Origin: a virus
Taxonomy: Duplodnaviria > Caudoviricetes
Reading direction: 5' to 3' (one strand)
Virus record (IMG/VR): IMGVR_UViG_3300033072_000529
DNA: 64,000 bases
In this document: positions 16,499-28,033 of the stretch, one piece after another
Layout of the letters: each line of letters starts with the position of its first letter
Numbering within the stretch: position 1 is the first letter of the stretch
Notes under the pieces: model-generated
Databases searched by the model: none
What the model was told of the DNA's origin: nothing
The model's input: the letters and a program-made list of their open reading frames with translations, nothing else
Position numbers and translations under genes: made by a program

Positions 16499-18349
16499 TT
16501 ATTGACCAAAAATGTTCTTTGTCAGTATGTAATTGAATGTTTCTTCTAATACACCATTTCTTCCATAGAAATCATTTGAACTGGTTAGTAAGGGGCTTAG
16601 TAATGTATTGGGGTCTTTATAATTAACCATGCTTTCCACTGGATTATTTTGCGCGGTTTGATCCCATTTATAGAAGCAGAAATCTGTTACTGATTTAGTG
16701 GTGAACGGATATTTGGTTAAAGTGTTAATAACAGCATCATCCTCCACATAGAAGAATTCATATGTTTTACTACCATGTTCCCTTATGAGAATTATATCGC
16801 CTGCATATACCCTATCTGTTAAAGATAATTGAGTTCCAATGTTGGAACGTTTATCAAATTTACACACTCTGCATATATTAGCACCTGTGCAATTGCTACA
16901 ATCTTTGAAATTAGTATTACATACACATCGAGTGCCTATCAATTTTTGTAGAGGTATAGATAGTAAATCCATAGCACGTTGTAAAGTAGAAGGAAATTCA
17001 ACATCCCATGTGTCTACTGGATCATCTAGCTTTTTAGATATGTCAACAATAGAACGAATATTACAGGTATCAATATCTACATTATCAGCTACATAATTTT
17101 GCACCTGAGAATATAAAACACCTAATCCATCTGATCCAAACACCGCAGACATATAGGCATTCGCCAATGGCATCTCTTGCAGGTTGAAATGAGAATATCT
17201 ATCAATTAGATCGTATAATGATGTATCTTCGTGGTGAGTCTTAATATTGTGGAAATTTTCTAATTTATAGACATTGAAAGGGGTGCTTACACCTGATAGA
17301 TTATATACTATTCCACCGACGTTGAATATTCCAGATGCAGACAGTTGTATGTTCACTGGATTATTGCGTACATTATAGAATTCTGTTTCATATGGATTAG
17401 TACCACATGACACGGGTAAATCTTCTATAATGGTAGGTTGGAATGCGGATGATGGTACTGATAGATTTAATCGTATGTAACCCCCTGTAGGAAATCCATA
17501 TGCATCTTGTAATTTTATAGACGAAAGAACCTTGACGTATTCTGCTGGGCTTATGCCGTTACAGCCTTGATAAACGCCAATAGAAGTCATATAACCACTG
17601 GCAGAATGCATGAGTGTGCAATTCTCATTACCCACTGATATTATATATGGGATGTATTGATCTGCCCACTGTAGTTCATTAATAGGTTGTATACCATCTT
17701 GGGTGAAATGTATTCGATCTGGTACACCTGCTGATACGGTATGGGTAATAGCGGAATATATACGACTGTTATCTGGGCTTTTATCCATGGTCCACCATAA
17801 TATCGGTTGACCAGGAAATTCATCTTTATATAACACCGCAGCGGATGCGACGTATCCTAGTGTATAACCACCTGATAATACAGGCGCACCCGTCAAAGAT
17901 ATACTGGATACAATATTATCTGCATCATCCATGAAATACCATTGAGGATTTAGATGAGTCCAATATTTAACCTGTTTTATATATGGGATCGAGTTCGACC
18001 CACTAGCATACATATTGATAGTAGTATAAGGATTAGTGGATGATACGTTTATAGTATATAAGCCGGTGCCGCATTCTGTGCTAGAAGGTGCAGTATAATT
18101 AGTGGTTATGGCATCCTGGAAAAATGGACCATTATAAACAGATAATACAACAGTCGATAAGGTGGAACAAGTTCCAGCATAAATGTTATATGTACCTATG
18201 TTGGTGAATATATGGGAGGACGATGAACCCTGTACACGTGTATCTGAGTTCCATATGATATAATCACCTAATGCAGACGGATTTATAGATACTGTAAAAT
18301 CAGTAAGGTATTGGTATCCTGATAGGGTGGATATATTAAGCGTTGCCAT
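16499..18349 (-). CDS. virion structural protein, probably baseplate-associated
   Basis: Ser/Thr beta-rich N-terminus, Cys cluster; translationally coupled to gp25-like gene. Confidence 0.55.
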   Translation of the reverse strand: MATLNISTLSGYQYLTDFTVSINPSALGDYIIWNSDTRVQGSSSSHIFTNIGTYNIYAGTCSTLSTVVLSVYNGPFFQDAITTNYTAPSSTECGTGLYTINVSSTNPYTTINMYASGSNSIPYIKQVKYWTHLNPQWYFMDDADNIVSSISLTGAPVLSGGYTLGYVASAAVLYKDEFPGQPILWWTMDKSPDNSRIYSAITHTVSAGVPDRIHFTQDGIQPINELQWADQYIPYIISVGNENCTLMHSASGYMTSIGVYQGCNGISPAEYVKVLSSIKLQDAYGFPTGGYIRLNLSVPSSAFQPTIIEDLPVSCGTNPYETEFYNVRNNPVNIQLSASGIFNVGGIVYNLSGVSTPFNVYKLENFHNIKTHHEDTSLYDLIDRYSHFNLQEMPLANAYMSAVFGSDGLGVLYSQVQNYVADNVDIDTCNIRSIVDISKKLDDPVDTWDVEFPSTLQRAMDLLSIPLQKLIGTRCVCNTNFKDCSNCTGANICRVCKFDKRSNIGTQLSLTDRVYAGDIILIREHGSKTYEFFYVEDDAVINTLTKYPFTTKSVTDFCFYKWDQTAQNNPVESMVNYKDPNTLLSPLLTSSNDFYGRNGVLEETFNYILTKNIFGQ

Positions 18350-18822
18350 TAAGATTTATTTATGAGTGAAAAATTCCCATTGTTATCATATATGGCAGCT
18401 AGAGTTAAATCCTTTTGTTTGAAATTTAATAAGGTTAAACGTATTACGATATTATAGGTATTATGTACAGTGTCTGCACCTACTAGTATATTACGCACTT
18501 TAACTCTAGGTTCGTATAGATTGATCATTTTATCGACTTCTTCGTTTATACGGGATGCACCCATATCACTAACCGGTGTTCCTATATATTTGGAAAGGAA
18601 TGGAGTAAAGCCAGGAGTTAAGTATCTACGTTGTAGGAAAATATTTCTGATACTGTTATATATTGCTCCTTCGTCTGTATCGATTACAATATCATTACCC
18701 GCTGGATTATCATCTGTGCGCAGATTCCCAGTCTTTTGAGTGGTCTGTAAATCCATATGTAGATCAGCAAACACATATGGTCTATTGGTAGACTTATTGG
18801 AAAGATTTGATATTGTGATCAC
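18349..18822 (-). CDS. gp25: baseplate wedge subunit, gp25-like
   Basis: FADL..D, AI.NSIRNI, INLYEPRV.V..I. Confidence 0.85.
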   Translation of the reverse strand: MITISNLSNKSTNRPYVFADLHMDLQTTQKTGNLRTDDNPAGNDIVIDTDEGAIYNSIRNIFLQRRYLTPGFTPFLSKYIGTPVSDMGASRINEEVDKMINLYEPRVKVRNILVGADTVHNTYNIVIRLTLLNFKQKDLTLAAIYDNNGNFSLINKS

Positions 18823-18861
18823 ATCATTATTTATCTATGCTGATATGGGATAAATAAAAGT

Positions 18862-19356
18862 ATGAATATGGAATTTACCAAACTTTTACAATCATTAACT
18901 GAAGACTGCGACAGTGTAATCTTCACCGAAAATGCAGAAATAATAACGGCCCATGATAAAGTACTCATTGATCCGAAAGCACTAGGATCAAATGCCGAGG
19001 AATTGATTAAACGTAAGGGACAACCTTATTATAATCAGTTAAAGCTATTGGCAAATGAGAAACGCTTGCTAACCGTGACTGCTATCAAGAGAGTTAATCG
19101 CACATCTGCTAACTTCACCGATGGTGGATCATCCACATGGCAAGATGAAGTAGATGTGGTATCCCAATTTAATCCAGGGAATTTTCACTCTCCTATGAGT
19201 TTACCTATCAATATATTAGTGAAACATTCTGATTATAATGGTAGTTTTCAAACCCCACTAGATGATTCCACGGGGTATAAACCCAATACACAAGAAGATA
19301 CTATATCAGATTATAATGATGGTAAGCAACCTAAAGGCACCCGTCATCGTAAATAA
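18862..19356 (+). CDS. hypothetical virion protein with leader-like N-terminus
   Basis: MEFTKLLQSLTE; TAAATA upstream. Confidence 0.6.
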   Translation: MNMEFTKLLQSLTEDCDSVIFTENAEIITAHDKVLIDPKALGSNAEELIKRKGQPYYNQLKLLANEKRLLTVTAIKRVNRTSANFTDGGSSTWQDEVDVVSQFNPGNFHSPMSLPINILVKHSDYNGSFQTPLDDSTGYKPNTQEDTISDYNDGKQPKGTRHRK

Positions 19357-19360
19357 TTAA

Positions 19361-21118
19361 ATGACTGATTATCCGATACCTTCTAATGTCTATTTAAATT
19401 TTGACGGAAATTCTATCAAAGAATTGATCCGTACAAGATTAAATCAGACTGGTATATTCACTGATCAAAATTTCGAAGGATCAAACCTATCAGCCTTAAA
19501 CGATGTATTTGGGATGATTGGATCATTGTTCCTATACAACATCAGTAAATCAATCAGTGAAGGATCATTTGATGATAGCAAATTGTATGAAAATGTCAAC
19601 AAAACGGTGAAGCAGTTAGACTATAATCCGATTGGTCATCAAACTGCAACCATGGCGTTCTCATTATCTGCCACCACATTATCGGCAGGCAACTATGTTA
19701 TACCACGATACTCATATATAACCATAGGTGGTATTAGATATAGTCTATCGAAGGATTTCTCTTTCTTTAAAACTGCGGATATTGTATCGGAAACAATAGA
19801 TGTATCGGAAAAAGATAATATTCTATATCAAGGTATTTTTCATCCGTTTCCTATGTTGGATGCGGCAGGTAATGACTATGAATTGATATATCTAACTGTT
19901 GATGATAAAGAGATTGTTGATAATTTTAACATACATGTATATGTTAAGGATTCCACTGGTATATGGAAGCCCTGGACCAAAACTCATTCTTTGTACTTGA
20001 ATGGTGCAACTGATGAAGTATTTGAATTGAGATTCAATGCCAATAAACGATATGAATTAAAATTTGGAAATAACATCACAGGTAAAAAGTTATCCGCAGG
20101 TGATAAGGTTGCTATATTTTATTTGAAATCCGATGGAGTAAACGGTGAATTGGGGGCAAATGTATTAAACAGCCGAAAGATAGTAACCCTGGATTCTCCA
20201 ATACTGGCTGATATATTACAAGATGTTAGCACAGATGTATTCATGACGACAACCTCCATGGATTCTTTAACGTTAAACAATCCTAGTAAATCGTCATTCT
20301 ATTCTGAACCAGAAACCGTTCAACAGATCAAACAGAATGCCCCAGGTGCATTCCGAAGCCAGTATTCATTAGTCACTTCCAATAATTATGAAACCTTCAT
20401 ACGTTCTAATTTCGCAAATATTATACACGATGTTAAATGTGTATCTAATTCACAGTATTTGAACAGTTATCAAAAGTATTTTTATGATCTAGGATTAACT
20501 AATCCAGCAGCGGAATCCCGTGCATTATTCAATCAATTCAAGATGGCAGATGCTTGTAATTTTAATAATGTTTATCTATTCGTAGTACCAAAGACTATGA
20601 ATGATACTCTGTCATATATATCCCCTGCACAGAAATCCCTGATAGTTAATTCTATGACAGAGGAAAAAATACTAACGAGTGAAACCGTTCTGATGGACCC
20701 TGTATATATGGCACTCGATTTTATCGTTCCAAAATCCAATATATATGATGTCAATGATATAAACCAATCTGGGCTGGGAATAGTTAAACAATCCACCACT
20801 CGACGCAATGATTCCAGTATAATATCAGAAGTAGCAAACATCATCCAATCATTCTTTTCCAGAGTGAATAATACCCTAGGACAATTGATAAATCTTAATC
20901 AATTGATGAGTGATATTCTCGCCGTAGATGGTGTGAAACAAATATACACTATAAGATTGGATGGGACTACTACCGTAGAAGGAATACAATTAGCCATGTT
21001 TAATCCGATATACAACAAACACATAACTGTTATATCGGGTAATAGACAATTGGATGATTTTCAGTATCCATATTTGTATACCAGTGATATAATCAACAAG
21101 ATTAAAGTTATCAGATAA
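19361..21118 (+). CDS. gp6: baseplate wedge subunit, gp6-like
   Basis: F.D.NFEGSNLS, L.Y.P, YEL.FG..I.GK, YL.SDG..G, ET...IK.NAP..F.SQ..LVT..Y. Confidence 0.9.
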   Translation: MTDYPIPSNVYLNFDGNSIKELIRTRLNQTGIFTDQNFEGSNLSALNDVFGMIGSLFLYNISKSISEGSFDDSKLYENVNKTVKQLDYNPIGHQTATMAFSLSATTLSAGNYVIPRYSYITIGGIRYSLSKDFSFFKTADIVSETIDVSEKDNILYQGIFHPFPMLDAAGNDYELIYLTVDDKEIVDNFNIHVYVKDSTGIWKPWTKTHSLYLNGATDEVFELRFNANKRYELKFGNNITGKKLSAGDKVAIFYLKSDGVNGELGANVLNSRKIVTLDSPILADILQDVSTDVFMTTTSMDSLTLNNPSKSSFYSEPETVQQIKQNAPGAFRSQYSLVTSNNYETFIRSNFANIIHDVKCVSNSQYLNSYQKYFYDLGLTNPAAESRALFNQFKMADACNFNNVYLFVVPKTMNDTLSYISPAQKSLIVNSMTEEKILTSETVLMDPVYMALDFIVPKSNIYDVNDINQSGLGIVKQSTTRRNDSSIISEVANIIQSFFSRVNNTLGQLINLNQLMSDILAVDGVKQIYTIRLDGTTTVEGIQLAMFNPIYNKHITVISGNRQLDDFQYPYLYTSDIINKIKVIR

Positions 21119-21155
21119 TGGCACTATGTAACACAGGCATCATAAATAATTATTA

Positions 21156-24100
21156 ATGCCTTCTATAGTATTAACGCGTCATGCACAGCCATTGCCAGCC
21201 AATGAGCAGAATTATCTAGATACCAATAAACCATTGGATTATAGAGCATGGCTTAATTTCAACAAAGGTATAAATTCCAATGATGCAGAACAACAATATC
21301 AACAATACCTACTAAGATGGGCAAATAATAAATCACAAGTATCAACCGTTGCACTCAATACCATCAAAGCTGATTATATTGCACTGTTGAAGAAGTTACA
21401 AGTGCTGTTTCAGAATGATGAAGAGTTTACAAGAATAGCAGCTATTGACTTCGATGATCCATTACAGGTGCAACTATCCATTCCATTGTTTGCATCTAAA
21501 CTTAAAGATATTGCATTGTACTATGCTAGTAAACGGGAATATCTCAAAAAAGCTAAAATCCGTTATACGAATATTGGATCATTCACGGGTTTGGAAAGAG
21601 CATTATATAATACGATCTTGTCTGAATTTGCGGGATCAGATGCGACACCATACCCTTATAAATTCAGTTCTCCAACCACCTATATAACATTATCAGCCAT
21701 TTCTAATAATTTTCAAATAGAAGTACAAGAAATTGCGGACATGCATAATTATTATGCGGATACTACTCCTCAACCATTGGCATCCGATAATCCTTTAACC
21801 TTTGTTCTAGATGAGTATCTGTTGTCTTTATATGGCACAGCAGATACTGCCTCTATCCCCTTATCAGCTTTTTCTAACCCTATTGATATAGACATTGACA
21901 GTAGATTGAATGCTAATATAGCATCTAGATTAACCGAAAAGTATTTAGGAACCTCTGTATATTATATGACTGGAGGAATATACGAGTATCCTATTGTTCC
22001 GGTGGATATTGATTTATTACAAGGTAACACCTTTTTTTACTGGTTTTCAGGTAAGAATGTATCAGAGATACCAGAAGGTATATATAAAGATATTCCAATC
22101 AACGAATTAGATTGGACTTATGCAACTGGTGCATCTGCTCTGAACTTAGCAGATGTTATATTCACTACTGCGGGAAACGTGGAGACTAAAGGCGCATGGT
22201 TATCAGATACCTCATCTATATTAGTATCAGATACTATGTCTGCAACCATGAAGGATAATACGGAATTTATATTCGCATATCCAGGCAAGGGGTATATAGA
22301 TGATTCTAATCAATGGATTGGCCCATTCACATCAGATAAACCCACTGATGATCTATTTTCTAATGCGGGAGATAATAAACTCATAGCGATCAATTATTGG
22401 AATACTGTTCCTGATATATCATCTGTGCAACCTATTCTACTACAGAATACCTCCTTGATATCAGACGGTGCCCGAGTATCTAATCGATTCCAATATGCAG
22501 ATAAGTTGTATAAAAACAATGAAGAAGTATCCTGGGCATATAATTTTCCCCATACTCAACTACCCATCAAAACTGGGTCTTCCAATTTATATTATCCGCT
22601 AACAGCCTATAAAAACATTGATGATTTATTTTTCCGCTATGAATCTGGCGATACTATAAGTCTATCCAGTGTAAAAGTAGAACAATCATTTTCAGGTGCC
22701 ATCGCAGGATTAAATTTAGACACCGCTGACACTATTATAAAAGTAGATGGGGTATGCGGCAAAGAGTTAGAATTGGCATGGTTAAAAGGTGAATCATTAG
22801 CAGGTTTATATGATACTCCTATATGTAGTTGCGAGAATGCGAACCTAGTGAACTATAACACTGAATGGTTTATACTATCGGGTGTGTCTCAACCTGCTCT
22901 AACCTTACACGTAGAGCCAGGCGAATATGCAAGATTTATATGGACTGGTCCTAAGAGTAAACTAAATGATCTTCGCGCATTTAAAGGATTTGAACATGAT
23001 GCATCTTGTGAATATCTAAAACAGAAACATAAATCTCTTCTTTCTAATGATTTTCTCCAAAAAGATAATCAAACATGGAATACTTGTACCTGTAAATCGG
23101 TCAATCATTCCCCGTTAGGTCATGGTGGAGATTCCATAGATTCTTTAAATGTCTTACCGGATTTCATTTATCTAGACACTGTATTTCCAAATGATTTTAA
23201 CAAGCATACTTGGAAAGGATCAGATAATAGAGACTACAAATCATCATCTGATATAGCATGGTTTAAGACATCTAATCCTGATTTGAATTGGTATACAGGC
23301 ACATGGACTACCAAGGATAATAATGAATTTGTCTTGGAGACTGGAAAAACATATGTGTACTATAGATCAGATTTGGGAAGATGCACGGCATTACCGAACC
23401 TGATAATATCACAACCTTATACTAATCCGTCAACCTATTGGGCAAAAGCCACTAAAGATAATAACGGAAATTGGATTGAACAAACAATACCAACAGACAT
23501 GTTATTAGAAGCAGGTTCGTTTTTGAAATATAAGCATGGGGCATCATCTAATATTATTTTAAACAGACTGCAATATAATAATCAATATATAACTACATTA
23601 TCCGGTAGTTATGTTAGTTTATCTGCATATGATCCATTGATATCGTATGATAGTCAAACAATATCTACCCCTGCAATAAATTTCCTTATAAAAATACCAT
23701 TATCTAATAATGACGGATACTGGGCATCTGCTGACTTTTTTAAACAGAATGGTGGACAATTGGCAGGATCAGATAACATGCGAATAACGTATGATTATCT
23801 ACAAATAACTCAACCTCCCGCATCCCCGATGATATTGAATAATGCTGATATAATCAGATATAATAGACCTGATTGCGCAGATTGTTTTACATGGAAACAA
23901 CCATTAACATATGAGGTAGTTAATCCTATACGGGAGTGGAAGCAATTATTGATAGACAATTGTGTTGAGTCAGAAATCTTGAATTATCTACAAAGTCAGA
24001 CTGATATATCATGTGCCTCCCAAGTGACGAGTTGCTATTCAGTTTGCCCTATTGATAATATATGTGGGTGTGACAATCACTGTTATTCCACCAAGGTCGG

Positions 24101-25028
24101 CATAACTGCTACTGATATACCATCAGATATCATATTCAACACTGAACTGAGTGGTATACCTTTATATATCTCTTATAAAGCTCAAAAAGACTTTAGAGTG
24201 TCCTTGTCAGCTATAGATATAACAGAGGGTAAATTGTATATTCCCCCTGCTACTGGTGTATACATCACGGCTTCTGAACCATGGGGAAATCTATTCAACA
24301 CTAGTCAACCATATTATGCAGTATCAGCAGTCCACACTGACTTATACACTAGACCACAATTAGGTTTGATCAATGATACCAACATATCAAATGGTAAATT
24401 TGAATTACGCGATGGTGTATATGATATACAGGGGGTTAATAGTTCTTCCCAGGATATGACATTATATACAGATCACCTAGGCAAGGTGGTTAATAGTCGA
24501 GCCCAATGGATGAAAAAACCTGATGGAAATGTGGTGGTGAATGGAAGACAAACCTATTATCCATATACTTCCAATATCGATACTAATAGTAATATCAATT
24601 TAGGATTATGGGATATCCGACAAGATTTTACCCCTTGGTCAACATCATCTAAGTGGAAATACGATTCCACGTACATAGACAGTGCCACAGGTTTGCATCC
24701 TATAGACTATTGGTATACAGACCAATTACCACTATCAGGACATGTGAGAAACTGGGAAACCGATATATTCGGTAATCAATATTTCTTGATGTTTGCTGAT
24801 AATACACCCAAGATACAGAAGCCCACGGGATATGGAGAATTGTATATAAAAATCCCCAATGGAACAATATATAATTCTACATCATTATTGAGTGCATTTT
24901 ATAATAGGTTTTCTAATATTCGGTTAGGTACTTCCAGTGGTAGTTCCATAGATATCGTGGACGGATTGCAAACCGAAGAGGGCTATTATATAACCACGGA
25001 AGATGGCGTAATCATTAGCATAGGATAA
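21156..25028 (+). CDS. large Cys-containing baseplate/tail structural protein
   Basis: 1290 aa, follows gp6, late promoter, C-terminal L.TE.G repeats. Confidence 0.6.
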   Translation: MPSIVLTRHAQPLPANEQNYLDTNKPLDYRAWLNFNKGINSNDAEQQYQQYLLRWANNKSQVSTVALNTIKADYIALLKKLQVLFQNDEEFTRIAAIDFDDPLQVQLSIPLFASKLKDIALYYASKREYLKKAKIRYTNIGSFTGLERALYNTILSEFAGSDATPYPYKFSSPTTYITLSAISNNFQIEVQEIADMHNYYADTTPQPLASDNPLTFVLDEYLLSLYGTADTASIPLSAFSNPIDIDIDSRLNANIASRLTEKYLGTSVYYMTGGIYEYPIVPVDIDLLQGNTFFYWFSGKNVSEIPEGIYKDIPINELDWTYATGASALNLADVIFTTAGNVETKGAWLSDTSSILVSDTMSATMKDNTEFIFAYPGKGYIDDSNQWIGPFTSDKPTDDLFSNAGDNKLIAINYWNTVPDISSVQPILLQNTSLISDGARVSNRFQYADKLYKNNEEVSWAYNFPHTQLPIKTGSSNLYYPLTAYKNIDDLFFRYESGDTISLSSVKVEQSFSGAIAGLNLDTADTIIKVDGVCGKELELAWLKGESLAGLYDTPICSCENANLVNYNTEWFILSGVSQPALTLHVEPGEYARFIWTGPKSKLNDLRAFKGFEHDASCEYLKQKHKSLLSNDFLQKDNQTWNTCTCKSVNHSPLGHGGDSIDSLNVLPDFIYLDTVFPNDFNKHTWKGSDNRDYKSSSDIAWFKTSNPDLNWYTGTWTTKDNNEFVLETGKTYVYYRSDLGRCTALPNLIISQPYTNPSTYWAKATKDNNGNWIEQTIPTDMLLEAGSFLKYKHGASSNIILNRLQYNNQYITTLSGSYVSLSAYDPLISYDSQTISTPAINFLIKIPLSNNDGYWASADFFKQNGGQLAGSDNMRITYDYLQITQPPASPMILNNADIIRYNRPDCADCFTWKQPLTYEVVNPIREWKQLLIDNCVESEILNYLQSQTDISCASQVTSCYSVCPIDNICGCDNHCYSTKVGITATDIPSDIIFNTELSGIPLYISYKAQKDFRVSLSAIDITEGKLYIPPATGVYITASEPWGNLFNTSQPYYAVSAVHTDLYTRPQLGLINDTNISNGKFELRDGVYDIQGVNSSSQDMTLYTDHLGKVVNSRAQWMKKPDGNVVVNGRQTYYPYTSNIDTNSNINLGLWDIRQDFTPWSTSSKWKYDSTYIDSATGLHPIDYWYTDQLPLSGHVRNWETDIFGNQYFLMFADNTPKIQKPTGYGELYIKIPNGTIYNSTSLLSAFYNRFSNIRLGTSSGSSIDIVDGLQTEEGYYITTEDGVIISIG

Positions 25029-25040
25029 ATATCATTATAA

Positions 25041-25820
25041 ATGGCGACTTCTATCAAAACATCTGCATTATCTTCAGATTATATCTTAAACAAAGCCACG
25101 GATTATGTGATATTTCTAGATACTGGAGATTTATCCCAAGGACCGTCGGGATCAACTAAACGTTTTCCGGTTTCTGCCATGGATGTATCTGTGTGGGGCT
25201 TATCAGCAAATTATAACATTGATAAAATAGTACCAACATTTACTACTGTTAGGGATTCTAGTGCAAACTGGAACAGTGTATACACTAGTTATAATACTAA
25301 CAGTGCCAACTATACTAATACATTTAATGCCACTAAGTCATTCAGTGCGAACTGGAATAGTGTGTATACTACATACAATGCTAATAGTGCTACATCAGGA
25401 GGAGGAGTCGTGGGTGGAACTAAAAACCAAATATTAGTAAAAAACACTTCAACTGATTATGATTACACTTGGAAGAATAAGAGAGTATCCCACACCTTTC
25501 CGACTGTGCTATCCACTAGCAGTATATATGTAGATGCAACTGTGGCTGATAGATTTGTAGTTCCTTTGAGTAGTAATGGTACACCCTATAGTGCTATTTT
25601 CTTCCCGCCTACCAATGGATATGATGCACAAACCATACAATGGTCCATAAAGTATAGAACTAATGTGTCCACTGTTGCATTATCTACCGGATTTAGATTA
25701 CCATCAACAGTGTTAGGATGGAGCTTATCAGCCAATAAATTAGACATACTATCAGCACAATATGATGCAACAGACAATCAATGGGATGTTGTTGGCTTCT
25801 TACCAGGATATAATTTATAA
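25041..25820 (+). CDS. tail fibre/appendage protein with SANWNSVYT repeats
   Basis: Three 14-aa-period S-A-N-W/Y repeats, GGT..Q.L.K....DYD..W fibre linker. Confidence 0.65.
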   Translation: MATSIKTSALSSDYILNKATDYVIFLDTGDLSQGPSGSTKRFPVSAMDVSVWGLSANYNIDKIVPTFTTVRDSSANWNSVYTSYNTNSANYTNTFNATKSFSANWNSVYTTYNANSATSGGGVVGGTKNQILVKNTSTDYDYTWKNKRVSHTFPTVLSTSSIYVDATVADRFVVPLSSNGTPYSAIFFPPTNGYDAQTIQWSIKYRTNVSTVALSTGFRLPSTVLGWSLSANKLDILSAQYDATDNQWDVVGFLPGYNL

Positions 25821-25827
25821 TTAACAT

Positions 25828-27081
25828 ATGGCAAATCTTTACTTCAACGATACAGGCATAGGAGACGGTGACTGGACTAATACTGCCAATTGGTGGGATG
25901 GGTCAGGACAGACTGGCTCTAGCGGTTTAACACCCCCTACTGGCTCAGGGGACACTGCTACTATAGAGACTACTGTATCTCTTAATATACCAGAGACATG
26001 GGACTTTGCCGTGATAGTTAATGCGGGGGCAGTTGTTAATACCACCAATGTGGTATCCAATAGCACTGTCACAAATAATGGTACTATCACTACCAGCGGC
26101 GATTTCACATCTAATAACACTACTACCAACTATGATTCTATGACCATAGGAAATACCATGTATGCGTCCGGTAGTGTTATTATCGAAACAACCGGAACTA
26201 TTTTTGTAAACTCTTTGGCAGTTGGAGGAACATTTACCACAAAAGGAACAACCTATGTCACAGGGACATTGACTAATATAAGTTCAATTATGATTGAATC
26301 AGGATCAATGTATATGCAAGTTGCCAGTGTTGCGTCCAATTCTGGAACTATTACCATATCAGCAAATTTGGTGATACATGGTTCATTTACTAATAATTTA
26401 GGAGCTACCTTGGCATTGAATTCCGGTGACATAACAAGTGATGGAACATTCAATAATGACGGGATATGTACATTATCTGCTGGCACAATGACATTGAGTG
26501 GATCGTCCGCCACTAATACTGATACCATAAATATAGATTCCGGTCATATTCTAACGGTTGACACATCATTTGTAATAAACAGTGGCACAGTAACCAATAA
26601 TGGAACTATTGTCTGTACATCTTTTGGATATCTATATGTAGGATCAACCCTGATTGGCTCAGGGACTATAACCAATGCAGGATCATTTGAATCCGATGGG
26701 ATATTCACCTTTACTGGACCTTTTATAAACAACGGTACTATGTTAATAGGAAACACCTGTACATTATCAGGGGATATTACTAATAACAGCACTGTAACAG
26801 TAACGGGTGAAATGATTATATATAGCGGAACAAACAATGGGACTATAACGGTGTCATCTGCTGCTAATCTATCTATATTGGGGTCAGTGAGCAACCATAA
26901 TAAGATTACCATTACGGCCAATGGATTATTCACTATGACTCCTACCACGGAGTTGATTAATTCTTTGGGTGCTCAATTCATATTTGGGAATATTCCATCG
27001 TCTAATTATTCTGGTAGAGTGTATCCCCAAATACCAGCATCTAGAGCATTTGGGGGTGGTATCCTAGGCAATGCTTTTTAA
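25828..27081 (+). CDS. beta-helical adhesin-like (autotransporter passenger-type) fibre protein
   Basis: G.W....NW N-terminus and many N(N/S)GT(I/V)T repeats; Thr/Gly/Asn/Ser-rich. Confidence 0.6.
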   Translation: MANLYFNDTGIGDGDWTNTANWWDGSGQTGSSGLTPPTGSGDTATIETTVSLNIPETWDFAVIVNAGAVVNTTNVVSNSTVTNNGTITTSGDFTSNNTTTNYDSMTIGNTMYASGSVIIETTGTIFVNSLAVGGTFTTKGTTYVTGTLTNISSIMIESGSMYMQVASVASNSGTITISANLVIHGSFTNNLGATLALNSGDITSDGTFNNDGICTLSAGTMTLSGSSATNTDTINIDSGHILTVDTSFVINSGTVTNNGTIVCTSFGYLYVGSTLIGSGTITNAGSFESDGIFTFTGPFINNGTMLIGNTCTLSGDITNNSTVTVTGEMIIYSGTNNGTITVSSAANLSILGSVSNHNKITITANGLFTMTPTTELINSLGAQFIFGNIPSSNYSGRVYPQIPASRAFGGGILGNAF

Positions 27082-27092
27082 TAAATACTGAT

Positions 27093-27365
27093 ATGTCCGA
27101 AATTCTACTATCATCTACTATAAATACTGAACCATTCAATAAAGCATGGATTGATTCTATAGTGATATCGGGTCAACCCAATACTAAAACTAGAGCCCAT
27201 ATCACATTAAAACCGTATAATGGAACAAACACTCTGAACATTCCCAAGCATTTAGTTATAGATGATGTATTTGCATTGGCTGCATCGGACCCTCAATTCG
27301 GTGCAGTAGTACAAGCACTATTAGCTGAAATAGCACGGCAAGCCACATTAAATAATGTGATATAA
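27093..27365 (+). CDS. small hypothetical protein, possible fibre chaperone
   Basis: Position after fibre genes; TAAATA upstream. Confidence 0.55.
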   Translation: MSEILLSSTINTEPFNKAWIDSIVISGQPNTKTRAHITLKPYNGTNTLNIPKHLVIDDVFALAASDPQFGAVVQALLAEIARQATLNNVI

Positions 27366-28024
27366 TGTACACTGTATTATCACCAATATCTGGAACGAAC
27401 ATTCAATCAATAGAAGTATTTTACGATACCATATTGTTCAATGTCAAAAACTATGATGGGGACGATAGCCTATATTATAATGATATTGTGATATCCCAGT
27501 TTGATTTTGATTATAATACGGGTGTATTAGAATCCGTAGGAGCAGGACATATAACTAAATTCGGTAGTACTTCTCTATCTGCACCCATGAATCATAATGG
27601 AAGTTCATATCTAAAATCATTTATTTCTGATAAAACAAAACAATTATTGATATGTGGACTTTCTAGTACATGCCCATTGATATATAAGTACACCTTGAAT
27701 ACAGGCGATTTACACCGGATATATCCTAATCCCGATCAATATCTAGAATGGACTACTGCGGGTTTTGGATCATATAATACTGATAGTTCTGCACAGGTAA
27801 CTATAGACGGCATGGATGTGCAGTATGTTATACCAATGATAAAGGACACTGTTCCGTACTTACTGATGCCCACCATCGATACTAAAAGTACCCCATCAGT
27901 ATGTTCTAATATACAGGCATTATCAGGTATATCAACTCAGGATATGCCGTTGGCTATAATAAACACGGACGAGTCCATATTAGCATTGCAGCAAAATAAC
28001 AAAGTGAAACTATTTAAACTGTAA
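27365..28024 (+). CDS. hypothetical structural protein
   Basis: Coupled ORF in late cluster. Confidence 0.55.
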   Translation: MYTVLSPISGTNIQSIEVFYDTILFNVKNYDGDDSLYYNDIVISQFDFDYNTGVLESVGAGHITKFGSTSLSAPMNHNGSSYLKSFISDKTKQLLICGLSSTCPLIYKYTLNTGDLHRIYPNPDQYLEWTTAGFGSYNTDSSAQVTIDGMDVQYVIPMIKDTVPYLLMPTIDTKSTPSVCSNIQALSGISTQDMPLAIINTDESILALQQNNKVKLFKL

Positions 28025-28033
28025 ATAATTCAA

